The notes: generated by a model not told the origin, from the letters alone. A stretch of DNA of 64,000 nucleotides from Candidatus Bathyarchaeia archaeon (GCA_049512075.1 JBEKXL010000001.1:160001-224000); one strand, 5' to 3'; numbered from the stretch's first letter, positions 50,223-61,033 are shown. Translations and numbers: made by a program.

Positions 50223-50528
50223 GTAAACTCCAACATAGTTTCATTCTTCGCTTTCAGTATAAATCGTTTGTCTGTCGCAAAGAAACACTCTCATTCTAAT
50301 TTAGGGCAACATATATTCGTAACGGTAGAAAAAAGCCCCGCGGGTTAACAAACTTCTTTAAGACCCTAAGAGTTAACAGAACCGGTATTCCTAAAATGGG
50401 AAAAAATGGTCTCAAGCCCCTTCTTACATGTACAGGTTTGCCATGGATTTGTTTGATGAGCGTGTTGCCCAGGGAATAAAACCATTTTGCACCATTTTCG
50501 GAACACACATGCGCGCCCGAACCAAATG

Positions 50529-51281
50529 TTACATGTTCAGCACTCTGGTCAGTATGAAAGTCAGTATGAATATCAGTATGAATCCAGCGGTACACGTAAT
50601 TATTGTGAGTGTTACAGGATTCTTCTCATGCGCTGTTGGCAGGAGGTCACTCGCTCCTAGATATAGGAAACCGCCTGCAAAGAAAGGCAGAAGGAGCACT
50701 ATGTAATACGGCGGCAACTGAATAAAAAGTGTGACAACTGCCCCCAGAACTGGGGCAACTGCGTCCAAGAGCAGCATCCTCAAAGAATTTCGCAGTGAGT
50801 TGCCAGAATTCAGCATCACAGTGACCGTACTCAGCCCGTCAGTGAAGTCGTGGCATATGACTGCAAATGCAATTATGATGCCAACGTGAATATCAGCTTC
50901 AAGACCGAACCCAATTGCCAAGCCGTCTATGAAACTGTGAACTGAGAGTTCTGATGTTGCAAAGACTCCACCCAAAGGGTGCTTCACTTCAACGTATTCG
51001 CCATCTTGGCTGAAAACATGTTCATTTATCATTCTGGAAACGATGTAGAGGAAAAGGAATCCGACAACCGTAAGAGCCATCACGTCTTCAAGATCTACAC
51101 TGGCAGATTGGGCGAGCTTGAAAGTCTGTGGTAGTACATCAAGCAAGGAAGTTGTAATCAGTACACCAGCTGCAAAGGCTCCCAGAATTCCGATGTTCTT
51201 CCGATGTCGCGCTGCGAAAATCCCGCCGAACATTGTGGAAAAGCAAGTAATGACAGCCAAGAGAATTGCATCAAAGTTCAT
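50529..51281 (-). CDS. ZIP-family metal transporter
   Basis: HSFIDGLAIG, HDFTDG and AGGFLY motifs; multi-TM. Confidence 0.9.
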   Translation of the reverse strand: MNFDAILLAVITCFSTMFGGIFAARHRKNIGILGAFAAGVLITTSLLDVLPQTFKLAQSASVDLEDVMALTVVGFLFLYIVSRMINEHVFSQDGEYVEVKHPLGGVFATSELSVHSFIDGLAIGFGLEADIHVGIIIAFAVICHDFTDGLSTVTVMLNSGNSLRNSLRMLLLDAVAPVLGAVVTLFIQLPPYYIVLLLPFFAGGFLYLGASDLLPTAHEKNPVTLTIITCTAGFILIFILTFILTRVLNM

Positions 51282-51456
51282 ATGAGCATTAGGTTCTGAG
51301 ACTGAGCTACTTAACGGTTTTTGTGACCGAAGTATTTTCCACTCTTTAAGTTCTTGTACTATATGCAGAATAAACTTCCGAAGGCTCTATGTGTAATGTT
51401 TAAGGCTGTTCGCCTAGTGAAAGGAAAGATCAGCGCGCGCTGGATGAGCGGAGCCA

Positions 51457-52536
51457 CTAGCGTTTTCTTTTTCCTTGCATGTACTCTTCCACAGACTGTT
51501 TTGCCATGGAGTCTGGCACCTGGATGGGCGGATGCTTGAACGCATAGGAGGATATGCTGAGCAGCGGCCCGGCTATCTTGCGGTCCAGCGCTATCCTCAC
51601 TGCTCGTATTATGTCAATCACAACGCCTGCACTGTTAGGCGAGTCCTCAACCTCAAGCTTCACCATCACCGTCAACGGCCTGTCCCCGAACTTTCTTCCT
51701 TTCAACCACAGATAGCATACCTTCTTGTTCCCCAAGAAAGGCACGTAGTCCGAAGGCCCAATCCGCGTGGGCAAATCGTACGGCACGAGACTCGTAACCG
51801 CCTCCGTCTTGCTTATACGCTTTGTCTTCAAACGCTCCTCAACCGTCATGTTCAAGAAATCCGTGTCCCCGCCCAGATTCAACTGGTAAGTCTCGTCTAT
51901 AATCACGCCCCTATCGACGCAAAGCTTGGCCAATGCCCGATGCAATATCGTTGCGCCCAACTGACTCTTGATATCGTCGCCCGCAATCGGAAGCCCCTTT
52001 TCCTCAAACTTCTTGCCCCATCCGAAGTCTGAACCGATAAACTCCGGCATACAATTGATAAAAGCACAGCCAGAGTCCAATGCTGCCTGAGCATAGAACC
52101 GCGCTGCATCATGACTTCCAACCGGCAGATAGTTAACGAGAATCTCCGCCCTCGACTTCTTCAACACTTCAACAACATCCACCGGCTTGACTTCACCGTT
52201 CTTGTAAACGCTGAAGACTTCTTTCATGTGGTCAGCCACACCGTCAAGGACGGGGGCAGATGAAACCTTCACTCCCAGTTTCGGCACGTCCGCGAATTTG
52301 GCACAGCAGTTCGGCGCTGTGAATATGGCCTCAGACAAATCTTTTCCAATCTTGTTCTTGTTAACCTCAAAAGCCGCAACAAACTTCACGTCCCTAACGT
52401 GGTATCCGCCAAAATTAACATGCATCAAACCCGGCACCGTCACGTTCTCCCCAGCATCCTTGTAATACTGCACTCCTTGAACCAGCGCTGACGCCGAGTT
52501 TCCCACGCCTACGAGCGCCACTCGAATTTCTGGCAA
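51457..52536 (-). CDS. ino1: myo-inositol-1-phosphate synthase
   Basis: VGVGNSAS, NYLPVGS, GDDIKSQLGAT and DSPNSAG motifs. Confidence 0.95.
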   Translation of the reverse strand: MPEIRVALVGVGNSASALVQGVQYYKDAGENVTVPGLMHVNFGGYHVRDVKFVAAFEVNKNKIGKDLSEAIFTAPNCCAKFADVPKLGVKVSSAPVLDGVADHMKEVFSVYKNGEVKPVDVVEVLKKSRAEILVNYLPVGSHDAARFYAQAALDSGCAFINCMPEFIGSDFGWGKKFEEKGLPIAGDDIKSQLGATILHRALAKLCVDRGVIIDETYQLNLGGDTDFLNMTVEERLKTKRISKTEAVTSLVPYDLPTRIGPSDYVPFLGNKKVCYLWLKGRKFGDRPLTVMVKLEVEDSPNSAGVVIDIIRAVRIALDRKIAGPLLSISSYAFKHPPIQVPDSMAKQSVEEYMQGKRKR

Positions 52537-52885
52537 AACAAACTACTCCTTAAGGTATATCAGTCTAAGCGTTTAACAATCGTCTGCTCTATAACTTTTT
52601 CTAAGAAGCGCAAACAGTTTGAAGAAAGTGAATTTGCAGTATTTGAGCCAGACACCACACTTCTAGTCTGACAAAGCGCTTCTTAGAGACTGTACCAAAT
52701 GCTGGAACACCCCGTTCCAATGCTTAGCATAATATCGCTCTGAACGCAATTATTAATGCGATGATGTTATATGCAAGGTTATATCGAGAAGCGCGCACTA
52801 GGCCACAAAAAGCCGACAAAGCACTTGTTCACTCATGGTTCTTCCACAATATTAATCAAAGACTTACTCTACATGTTTAATTGGG

Positions 52886-55192
52886 GTGGAAAGAATGAAG
52901 GTTCATAGAACCAACGTTCTGATCCTACTGACTTTGCTGAGTTTACCTTTGTTCTCATCTGTTTCGAGAATTGTCAGCGGCGCGGGAACTTCTTTCGACC
53001 CGTCCAGCATAAGCTATTACGATGCCGTCAAAAAGGCTCTCAACCTCACACATGATCAAGAGACGATGCTTGCGAATAACGGGTTCGTCGTAGTCGAAGC
53101 CCCAAACACAACAGTGGACTACATGTACACGCCTGGCATGCGGTTTGAAGACTTCTACTATACAGAAGTCTACGGAAACGACTTGCCAGTGTTCGTCACA
53201 ACCGACTCGATTCTTCACCTCTTCCACGTGGTCTTCGACTGTTCCGTCAGGATGCTTGAACAAGATGCCTTCTATCCGATGATCCTTGAAGTCTCACAAT
53301 ACGCCTTCAACGCGTCGTTGAACGATTACAACACGATGGCGCATGACGGCTCCCTGAAGTACTGGGCAGTCAGGAATTCGACCGTATACTTTGCTGTGGG
53401 TCTGTCTCTGATAACTGGTCAGAACGTGACCCTGCCACCCGAGCTTTCTGCTGACGAGTCGTTCTATCTGGGTCAGATTTACAGTAACGAGCTCCAGTTC
53501 GTCAAGGCAGGCACGTGGAATTTCCCAGAAAGCCCTTACGCCGCAGAGGTTCAGTACGATTTCACTCAGTTCAAGGTGCGAGGGCATTACTTGGGTGTGC
53601 CCGAGCTTGAGAGGTATTTCCGCACCTTCATGTGGTACGGCAATTATCCAATTTTCGTTCCGCGCAACGACGAAAGTTACGATTGGGCAGTCAGCCACAT
53701 AGATGATGCGGCCATCGTCTACATGAGAGACCTGCTCAAATCGAGCCAGCAATATTATGACGAGTGGGTTCTAATGTACAACGTAACCAGCGCCTTGATA
53801 GGTGAGAGCGACTCCATAAACCTGCTAAGCCTAGAGACAGCTCTTCACAACGTCTTCGGAGACGCGGGACAATACTTGGACCTTGTCGCCGCACAAGGCG
53901 GCCTGGCAAAACTGAGGCAGGAACTGGGCAAACCCGAGTATCACCAACAGATACTGTCACAGGCTCTGTTGTCAAACTTTCCCGTACCGCTTCCGCGTTA
54001 CCCGACCGTTTTCCAGTTCATGGGCCAACGCTACATACCAGACTCATACATTTTCCAGATGCTCACCTGGGACAAGGTAGACACCAACTCTACAGGAAAA
54101 AGACGAATCATGCCCGAAGGAGCAGACGTCTTCGCTGTTCTAGGCTCCCAACGCGCATACCAACTGGTAACACCAGATTTCAACTACACCGGCTACGCAC
54201 AGAACCTACAAACGCTAAAGCAGACTTTCGATAACCTCACAGAACAAGACTGGACGGCCTCATCTTACATGGCATGGATGCACGCCCTTCAGAGCCTAGT
54301 TAACGTCGATTATAATGACACCCACCCGCAGTTCATGAGAACCCTTGCATGGCAAGATGAAAAACTAAACACCGCACTGGGAAGCTGGGCTCAACTCAGA
54401 CACGACACACTACTCTACGCCAAACAAACGTACATTCCAGGCACCCTCTGCAGCTACCCAGAAGCTTTCGTTGAACCTAACCCCACATTCTACGCAAGAA
54501 TGCAGCAACTGACCGAGAGAACATCAGAAGCAGTTAGCATCCTTCCTCCGAACGCTGCTACGCCTACTATCATGAATTCGCTAGAAACCCTGAACAACGC
54601 CACCCAAACACTTGAGACAGTTTCCACGAAAGAACTGGCAGGGCAACCACTTGTAGAAGACGAAATAAACTTCATAAAGCAGCTCGTGTACGGCTGCGGA
54701 TCTGGCTCCCCCGTAGGATGGTACGTCAACACGATGCACATCATTGCCATGGCTGCAAACTACACTTCAATCCTAGATGTTCCGGTCATTGCCGATGTCG
54801 CCACGTTTCCTCCCGGCGACATTCTTGATCCCCCTCAAATACTGCACGTCGCCGACGGCTACGTGGAGGCAGTGGTAGTCTTCTATCCCAGATCCGATGG
54901 AACACTTGCGGCGGCAGTGGGACCCGTGTTCTCCTACTACGAGTTCAGACTCATCGGAACCACGAGGCTGAACGATGACGAATGGAAAACCATGCTGGCG
55001 TGGGACAACAGAACCCAGTATCTTCCCGAATGGCTCAGAGACGTCTACGGAACCAGCCTACCATGGCCCGCCCCAGAATACAACGCAATCATACTGGTCG
55101 TAATGATAATGACCACGACGATAGCCATAGCAGTGACGAAAGGAACCACAAAGGCCAAGAAGTATAGAGAGTTGTCAACCAAGACACGATAG
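52886..55192 (+). CDS. DUF3160-family secreted protein with PEF-like (PEY) C-terminal anchor
   Basis: PVFVTTDSILH, RGHY....L.RYFR, FMGQRY.PDS, SWAQLRHDTLLYAKQ and GPVFSYYEF motifs. Confidence 0.88.
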   Translation: MERMKVHRTNVLILLTLLSLPLFSSVSRIVSGAGTSFDPSSISYYDAVKKALNLTHDQETMLANNGFVVVEAPNTTVDYMYTPGMRFEDFYYTEVYGNDLPVFVTTDSILHLFHVVFDCSVRMLEQDAFYPMILEVSQYAFNASLNDYNTMAHDGSLKYWAVRNSTVYFAVGLSLITGQNVTLPPELSADESFYLGQIYSNELQFVKAGTWNFPESPYAAEVQYDFTQFKVRGHYLGVPELERYFRTFMWYGNYPIFVPRNDESYDWAVSHIDDAAIVYMRDLLKSSQQYYDEWVLMYNVTSALIGESDSINLLSLETALHNVFGDAGQYLDLVAAQGGLAKLRQELGKPEYHQQILSQALLSNFPVPLPRYPTVFQFMGQRYIPDSYIFQMLTWDKVDTNSTGKRRIMPEGADVFAVLGSQRAYQLVTPDFNYTGYAQNLQTLKQTFDNLTEQDWTASSYMAWMHALQSLVNVDYNDTHPQFMRTLAWQDEKLNTALGSWAQLRHDTLLYAKQTYIPGTLCSYPEAFVEPNPTFYARMQQLTERTSEAVSILPPNAATPTIMNSLETLNNATQTLETVSTKELAGQPLVEDEINFIKQLVYGCGSGSPVGWYVNTMHIIAMAANYTSILDVPVIADVATFPPGDILDPPQILHVADGYVEAVVVFYPRSDGTLAAAVGPVFSYYEFRLIGTTRLNDDEWKTMLAWDNRTQYLPEWLRDVYGTSLPWPAPEYNAIILVVMIMTTTIAIAVTKGTTKAKKYRELSTKTR

Positions 55193-55401
55193 CACGCCAA
55201 AACATTCGAAGAATAACAACCTTCCAATGTGAACAGTAGCTGCGCTTCTTTTTCCCACGCGTCCACCGCGCCCACGCGAAAGCCCCGAAAATCCGTCAAC
55301 CCAATCTGCCAACATTCACCAAAGCATTGCCAGTTTTTTCCTTTCCGGAAACATGACAAGATTAAAAGGGAACTTAAACCAGATAGACAGCGAATAGAAA
55401 G

Positions 55402-55779
55402 GTGAGCTTTATGGAAGAAGGAGAAGCAGTCGTCAAGTATGAACCTTTCAAAGAAGTCGTAGTGATGGAAAAGGATGTCTTCCCAACCCCTGATGACATA
55501 GCAAGGTTTGCCTCCATCATCGCAGGCGGCAAAGCCGCAGGCCTGTACTGGGCTGAAGGCGTCATTTTCCTGTATTTTCCCCTTCCAGCGTCAACAGAAA
55601 CCACGGCGAAAATGCTCGTTGAACACGGGCGAGTCTACTGGACTTTTCTCGGGTACTCTCTCATGCCCAAGTACCAGCCGATAATTGAAACTCGAGAAAA
55701 AATGATTGTGCCAGTAGTCGATATGTCCACCAACAAGCTCATGAAGACAGTTGCAACTTGGCTGAAAGAACAAAAATAG
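55402..55779 (+). CDS. Conserved hypothetical protein
   Basis: Clean 125-aa ORF with purine-rich RBS; LYWAEGVIF. Confidence 0.75.
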   Translation: MSFMEEGEAVVKYEPFKEVVVMEKDVFPTPDDIARFASIIAGGKAAGLYWAEGVIFLYFPLPASTETTAKMLVEHGRVYWTFLGYSLMPKYQPIIETREKMIVPVVDMSTNKLMKTVATWLKEQK

Positions 55780-55824
55780 GCCCATCATCCACAATTTTCA
55801 GCCCGTCATTTCGGCGGTTCCATC

Positions 55825-56229
55825 ATGCGGTGGGAAGCATTCTTGAAGACTCTGTGTTTGAGGGGCAAGGTTTTCTCGGGGAAGGGTGAAGGAGCCAAAT
55901 TCATGAAGCTTTCGTGGGTGAAGAAACAGATTGAAGAAAAACTGGGTTTTGTCCCCTATCCTGGAACGTTAGACGTGAGAATTACCAGGGAAAGCGTCGA
56001 ACTCAAAAGGGCGCTGGCAGAAGGCGGCGTGGATATCTTGCCCGCCGCAGGTTTCCACAGGGGAAAGTGTTACAGGGCTTCTTTCAAGACAGAGCTGTTG
56101 TGCGCTCTTGTCGTTCCAGAAGTTGCGGGCTACCCGGATAACGTGATAGAGGTTATTGGGCTGGAGAATCTGAGGGAAAAGTTTCATCTCTCAGACGGTG
56201 ATCCCGTCGAAGTTAAGGTGATGTTTTGA
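55825..56229 (+). CDS. ribK: CTP-dependent riboflavin kinase
   Basis: G.VFSGKGEG..F, LGF.PYPGTL and EVI...LR...L.DGD; start may be TTG 55843. Confidence 0.9.
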   Translation: MRWEAFLKTLCLRGKVFSGKGEGAKFMKLSWVKKQIEEKLGFVPYPGTLDVRITRESVELKRALAEGGVDILPAAGFHRGKCYRASFKTELLCALVVPEVAGYPDNVIEVIGLENLREKFHLSDGDPVEVKVMF

Positions 56230-57730
56230 CGCTGATCCTTTTCCGTTTGCTTTGCAGAAAGTTTTGGGTATATTCTTCGAAGCACCCTTTTTTCTGCAGG
56301 TAACGCCCATATCTAACAAGACCGCTCATTGCTCTTGCAGCGTCCTCTGGTGACGAATAAGCTGGGATACCCTGCTTGTCAAACCTGGTGCGCGTGTGCA
56401 TAGCCATTTCTGTTTCTCCGATGTCGCAGGCAACGATAGGCTTGTCGAACGAAGCCGTCATCTTCGCCACCTCGTCAATGTAGTCTTCCTGCACGGCTGG
56501 CGTCTGATGGAGGCCTAGCAGTATTATGCCGCAGATGTCTGGGTCTTGGAAAAGAACCTTAGTGGCCAATTCAAACATCTCATCGGTTCCTGAACCGGTT
56601 ATATCCACGGGGTTAAGGTTTGACGCAAACTTGGGCAGTTTTCCCTCTACCTTCAGCTTCTCAAACTTCGCCACTGTTTTCTCAGAGAGACGTATCACGT
56701 TCAACCCTTTCAGCTCACTTTCGTCAACGGCCATTATGCCCGGACCGCCGGCGTCCGTGACTATTCCCACGTTTTTTCCGGCTGCAGGCGGCTGCATGGC
56801 CAAGGCTTTCCCCATGTGGAAAAACTCGTCCATGTCCTCCGCCCTCAAGATTCCTGTTTGTTCGAAAACAGCGCTGTAGATCCTGTCTGAACCGGCAAGA
56901 GCTCCAGTGTGTGAAGACGCAGCTCTTGCTCCCGCATCTGTCCTTCCGGCCTTGATAGCCACAATGGGCTTTTTTAACGTGACCTTCTCGGCTATCTTGA
57001 TGAATTCGCGCCCAGCCTTGATGTCTTCAACATACAACAGTATTACCTTCGTTTGGTCATCTTGCAACAGGAAATGAAGCATTTCACCCTCATTCACGTC
57101 AGCCTTGTTTCCGAAACTCACAAACTTGCTAACCCCGACCTCTCGTCCAGCCAGGTAGTCCAGAGCCGCAACGCCGAAAGCCCCACTCTGAGTGACTATA
57201 GCGATGTTTCCAGGAATCGGCCGCGGCGTAGCAATAACCTCGTCTCCATTCGCCAAGACCTTTGTCTCAGGCAGAAAAAGCATGTCCACACCAGTTCTCG
57301 AATCGTAAACTCCGAGACAGTTTGGTCCCAAAACACGTATTCCCGCCTTTTTCGCTATGTCAATTATCTGCTGCTCAAGCTCATGATTTCCAACTTCCCC
57401 GAAGCCAGAAGTGATTATGACAGCATCTTCAACTTTCTTGGCTGCCGCATCCTTCATTATGGTTGACACAACAGCAGCTGGAACAACAACAACGATTAGC
57501 TCAACCTCACCGGGGATTTTGGTCACCGAAGGGTAGCATTTATAACCCATTATAGAGTCTTCAGTCGGGTTAACCGCGTAGAGTTCGCCTTTGAAGATGC
57601 CCCTCATCTTGTTTTCAACGAAATTCTTGAAAATCACGTGGCCCGCCTTGTTTATCTTCTTCGTCGCCCCAACAATCGCGACCGAGCGAGGCCTGAAAAA
57701 GGCGCTCAGCTTCTTCGTTTTCTCTTCCAT
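56213..57730 (-). CDS. acdA: Acetate--CoA ligase (ADP-forming) alpha subunit
   Basis: PRSVAIVGA, GPNCLG, QSGA, SFGNKADV, SSHTGALAG and NPVD motifs. Confidence 0.9.
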   Translation of the reverse strand: MEEKTKKLSAFFRPRSVAIVGATKKINKAGHVIFKNFVENKMRGIFKGELYAVNPTEDSIMGYKCYPSVTKIPGEVELIVVVVPAAVVSTIMKDAAAKKVEDAVIITSGFGEVGNHELEQQIIDIAKKAGIRVLGPNCLGVYDSRTGVDMLFLPETKVLANGDEVIATPRPIPGNIAIVTQSGAFGVAALDYLAGREVGVSKFVSFGNKADVNEGEMLHFLLQDDQTKVILLYVEDIKAGREFIKIAEKVTLKKPIVAIKAGRTDAGARAASSHTGALAGSDRIYSAVFEQTGILRAEDMDEFFHMGKALAMQPPAAGKNVGIVTDAGGPGIMAVDESELKGLNVIRLSEKTVAKFEKLKVEGKLPKFASNLNPVDITGSGTDEMFELATKVLFQDPDICGIILLGLHQTPAVQEDYIDEVAKMTASFDKPIVACDIGETEMAMHTRTRFDKQGIPAYSSPEDAARAMSGLVRYGRYLQKKGCFEEYTQNFLQSKRKRISVKTSP

Positions 57731-57739
57731 CCGACCATC

Positions 57740-58582
57740 TCACCGCCTTTTCCTAACAATGACTATAGGTTTATGTCTTACTGTCTCAAGCATCTCCCAA
57801 CTCACATCGGATAACGACACCTTGAACATTTCAGCCATATCCCAAACGGTTCTGCCCGCCCCAAAACCTCTCGCACGATTCGCAACCTCAGCCACCCTCA
57901 AAGCCACCTCCGCCGACATGAAACATCCAGCAACAGCCAAAGGCGTAGCCCTCCGCTCAAGCTTAAACATCCGCCCGACAACATAGGCGGCAAACCCCCC
58001 GAAAGAATGAATGCCACTAACCGGATTTGGCCGCGGCGTAAAATGAAAGTTCCTAAACGAATACGTCTTGTCAGTATCCACGACCATTACCAAGACTCTC
58101 TTCCTTGAAGCCGCCCATATCAGCAGACGTATCCTCTCAGCTACTGCACCAGCCTCGTTCAGCGGGAGGCTCACGTAAGAGTACGGCAAGTTGCTTCCGT
58201 CAATGCCTCCCTCGGAACCGAACATTAGAGCCTGCAACAAACCTGCACCGTGCAAGGCAACCTGCTTGTGGCGGCTTCCCACTTTCACAGGGTAATCGCG
58301 AAGCTGCAACAACAACTTCTGTCGAAGATGGCACAACGGCCCGAGAAAATAGCCCCAACCTGTTCTCATCCAAAAACTCGCAATCCACCTCGCGCCCAAG
58401 CCAGGCTTAACCTCACACTCATCCACGATGTTACTCAACGCGATTGAAATTGCCTTCTCAGACACCACAACAAAATCATCATCAACAATTTTTCCCTTGA
58501 CCGCCTTCACTATTTCATTCAGGTAGTCTTCTCCAGGTCTCCAATATTTCGTCGTTACAGCAAGAACCTTTAACCCTGTCAT
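57740..58582 (-). CDS. CofE-like gamma-glutamyl ligase family protein
   Basis: YWRPG, VVVSEKA, GGIDGSN and VVDTD motifs; start placed at MTGLK. Confidence 0.75.
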   Translation of the reverse strand: MTGLKVLAVTTKYWRPGEDYLNEIVKAVKGKIVDDDFVVVSEKAISIALSNIVDECEVKPGLGARWIASFWMRTGWGYFLGPLCHLRQKLLLQLRDYPVKVGSRHKQVALHGAGLLQALMFGSEGGIDGSNLPYSYVSLPLNEAGAVAERIRLLIWAASRKRVLVMVVDTDKTYSFRNFHFTPRPNPVSGIHSFGGFAAYVVGRMFKLERRATPLAVAGCFMSAEVALRVAEVANRARGFGAGRTVWDMAEMFKVSLSDVSWEMLETVRHKPIVIVRKRR

Positions 58583-58614
58583 TCGCATCGCGCTGATTCT
58601 GAACACAACGGTTT

Positions 58615-59313
58615 CTATAGGCTTCGAAACTTTGCCTTTATCTCTAAAACGCTGCATTCTGGCGGCTTCATTTTCCCTTCAGGACAGTATCCAAGCTCGA
58701 CGCATGAAGGCCCGCTGTTCTCAAACAGGGCGGGCGCAGCTTTCTTCGCATGCTTCAGCATTTCCGTTGCGACTTCTCTTATCTCCCACTGCGCGCGAGC
58801 ACAACATCGTAAGTTGAAGAAGTGTCGCAGTTCCCGCGCGTTCATCGTTACCATGATGTTTGTTTTTGCAGCGTTCGGCAAGATAAACCTCGCATCCTCT
58901 TTCGGAATCGTCATCTTCAGAAGCTTCTGATAGGCCTCAGAGATTTTCTCCAGTGCCTCGTCGAAAACCTTCTTGGCTTCCGCATTTCGCGCTATGCTCG
59001 GCGGCGTCGCATACTTTTCTAGGGTATCATATGTCACATAGCGTTGGCTCTGCTGCGTGTACGAGGCGATGCGGTGCCTGACGAGCTGATGAGTCATGGC
59101 TCTGGACACGTCCTCGACGCTGAACGTGAAGGACGCGTGCTCAATGACTGACGCGTGTCCGTAGCCCGTCACCTGCCTGATTTTCCGCTTGGCAGTTTCT
59201 GCGTCCATTTTCTCGAAGATTTCCGAGGGCCTTCCACTCTTTATGGTAGTGGATGCCGCAGCTCCGCACAGAAGCTCCGAATCTGCCGTGTGACGAAGAA
59301 GCTTAACCTTCAA
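58615..59313 (-). CDS. thyX: FAD-dependent thymidylate synthase
   Basis: GHASVIEH, RHRIASYTQQSQRY, EDARFILP and AQWEIR motifs. Confidence 0.96.
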   Translation of the reverse strand: MKVKLLRHTADSELLCGAAASTTIKSGRPSEIFEKMDAETAKRKIRQVTGYGHASVIEHASFTFSVEDVSRAMTHQLVRHRIASYTQQSQRYVTYDTLEKYATPPSIARNAEAKKVFDEALEKISEAYQKLLKMTIPKEDARFILPNAAKTNIMVTMNARELRHFFNLRCCARAQWEIREVATEMLKHAKKAAPALFENSGPSCVELGYCPEGKMKPPECSVLEIKAKFRSL

Positions 59314-59455
59314 CCTTCAACCCCACCCTAGACACGAGATCATTTGGACTGATTGGAACGATCGTAAATTGTCCGCTGGAGCATATAAAATAATATTCAC
59401 CGAACTTTGCTGGTGGAAGACAAGGAAAAGGCCGGCCATCTGCTGGCGTGCGCTG

Positions 59456-60520
59456 TCACACGTGTGCGTAGACGCGGTCGTTGGTGTACTTTCCAGTCTT
59501 CATTTCCTGTTCTATTTCGCGCAGCAGCATTATGCGTTTGAAGGTGGGCGGGTGGGTTGAGAACCACGTGTTGACCGTTTTCCACGTAGACTTGGCTTCT
59601 TTCTCCATGGCCAACTCCAACTCTTTTTCGTTCAGTACGCCGTCGTGGTCCAAGTCGTACTCATCCTTCTTGTCAATGATATCATGGATTTCCTGTTTGG
59701 CCTGCACTGGGTCACTTATGTAGAAAGCTCTGACGCCCTCGGGAGGTTTCGGCGAGAGCGACAGGCCATACGTGATTTTTGTGAGGGCGCTCTCCAAGCT
59801 TCTAGGCGAGCCCGTCACGTAGGCTGAATACGCATCTGAGTAGTGTTCCCGTAGTCTGCTGAGACGCATCACGCTCAACTGTGAGATAAAGTAGACTACG
59901 AAGGAGAGCACAGCGATGATGATGAGGGCTGCTCCGATACTGCCCTGGTTTTTTTTGTTCGAAGAACCGCCTCCCAACCACGCCGCCGACATTGTTCCCC
60001 GCGCGACAAGATAGGCCAACAACGGCAACGCAGAAAGTAGCGTCATAATGGCATAATCCTTGTGTCTTATGTGTCCCAGCTCGTGGCCGATTACGCCTCT
60101 CACTTCGTCCTCGTTCAAGTTTTGCAGCAGTCCCTGGTGGACTGCCAGCGTGGCTGAGTGTGCGGTTCGGCCAAAAACGAAGGCGTTAGGCGTGTTGTTC
60201 GGGACGATGGCCAGCCGCGGCATGGGCACCTTGCTCTTGTCCGCGAGTTCCTTCACAGTGGATTCGAGCCACGGGTTTTCACCCGGCTTGAGGTATTGCA
60301 AGTGCGTCGAAAATTTAACGATTGAGGGCCCGATGGCATACTGAAACAGCACGAAGAGGAGTGGAAGGGCCACAATGAGAACTAAGTCAAGACTCAGCGT
60401 CAACGGAGCAACGAACACTTGAATGATAAACAGCACCAAAGCTAGGAAAGCTGCGAATATGAAGAGCGTGATGAATATGCCTGCTCCCATAGCAAACTTC
60501 AAACCGGCCAGACCAGGCAA
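59456..60520 (-). CDS. htpX: HtpX-like M48 zinc metalloprotease
   Basis: PNAFVFG, HELGH, SRLREHYSD and STHPP motifs. Confidence 0.9.
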   Translation of the reverse strand: MPGLAGLKFAMGAGIFITLFIFAAFLALVLFIIQVFVAPLTLSLDLVLIVALPLLFVLFQYAIGPSIVKFSTHLQYLKPGENPWLESTVKELADKSKVPMPRLAIVPNNTPNAFVFGRTAHSATLAVHQGLLQNLNEDEVRGVIGHELGHIRHKDYAIMTLLSALPLLAYLVARGTMSAAWLGGGSSNKKNQGSIGAALIIIAVLSFVVYFISQLSVMRLSRLREHYSDAYSAYVTGSPRSLESALTKITYGLSLSPKPPEGVRAFYISDPVQAKQEIHDIIDKKDEYDLDHDGVLNEKELELAMEKEAKSTWKTVNTWFSTHPPTFKRIMLLREIEQEMKTGKYTNDRVYAHV

Positions 60521-60629
60521 CGAATTTCACCCTTTTGTTCTTTACCACAGAAAATCCTGAGAGAATTAAAGCTTTCTAAGAGCCAGCGCTATTAAGTAAT
60601 CTGGCACAGTAGGGCCGCAAAACCCCTGG

Positions 60630-61033
60630 CTACTTGCCAAACTGTTTAGCCGGATGCTTCTCCACTTCCTGTACAACGACGAGTATAGGGATTGCCAAGG
60701 GAACGGGCAGTAGCGCCTGCTGGACACCGCACCTTCGCAGGTAAAGATTTGCGTGCGCCAACTCTTCCGCAACCTCCTCCCGTGCGCTCTTCCTACGGCT
60801 GACAGCAATCGCATAGGCGAAAAGTGGCACATAGTTCAACCCCAGAAATACTAGGTAACCGCCAAAAAAGACCCGAAAAGAGAGTGTCCGTAACCAACGA
60901 TCATAAAGAACAAGCCGAAAAACACCAGTAGGAATGCGCTAAATCCAAACTCGATTAGAATAAGACGCGGACCATGTAAGGCAATGTCTAAGGCTGCGAG
61001 CTTCCTCACTTCAATGAATCTACCCTGTTTCAT
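60630..61033 (-). pseudogene. Membrane protein split by a 1-bp deletion
   Basis: VRKLAALDIALHG...GSFL continues as GGYLVFLGLNYVPL in another frame at the A6/C2 run 60862-60869. Confidence 0.7.

Larger units (their letters stand above)
44565..50383. mobile_element. IS6-family cargo transposon, 5819 bp
   Basis: 24-bp TIRs (44565-44588 and 50360-50383, 23/24 match, starting GGTTCTGTT); 8-bp TSD GGTATTCC at 44557-44564 and 50384-50391; internal IS6-type DDE transposase; AT-rich cargo. Confidence 0.92.
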
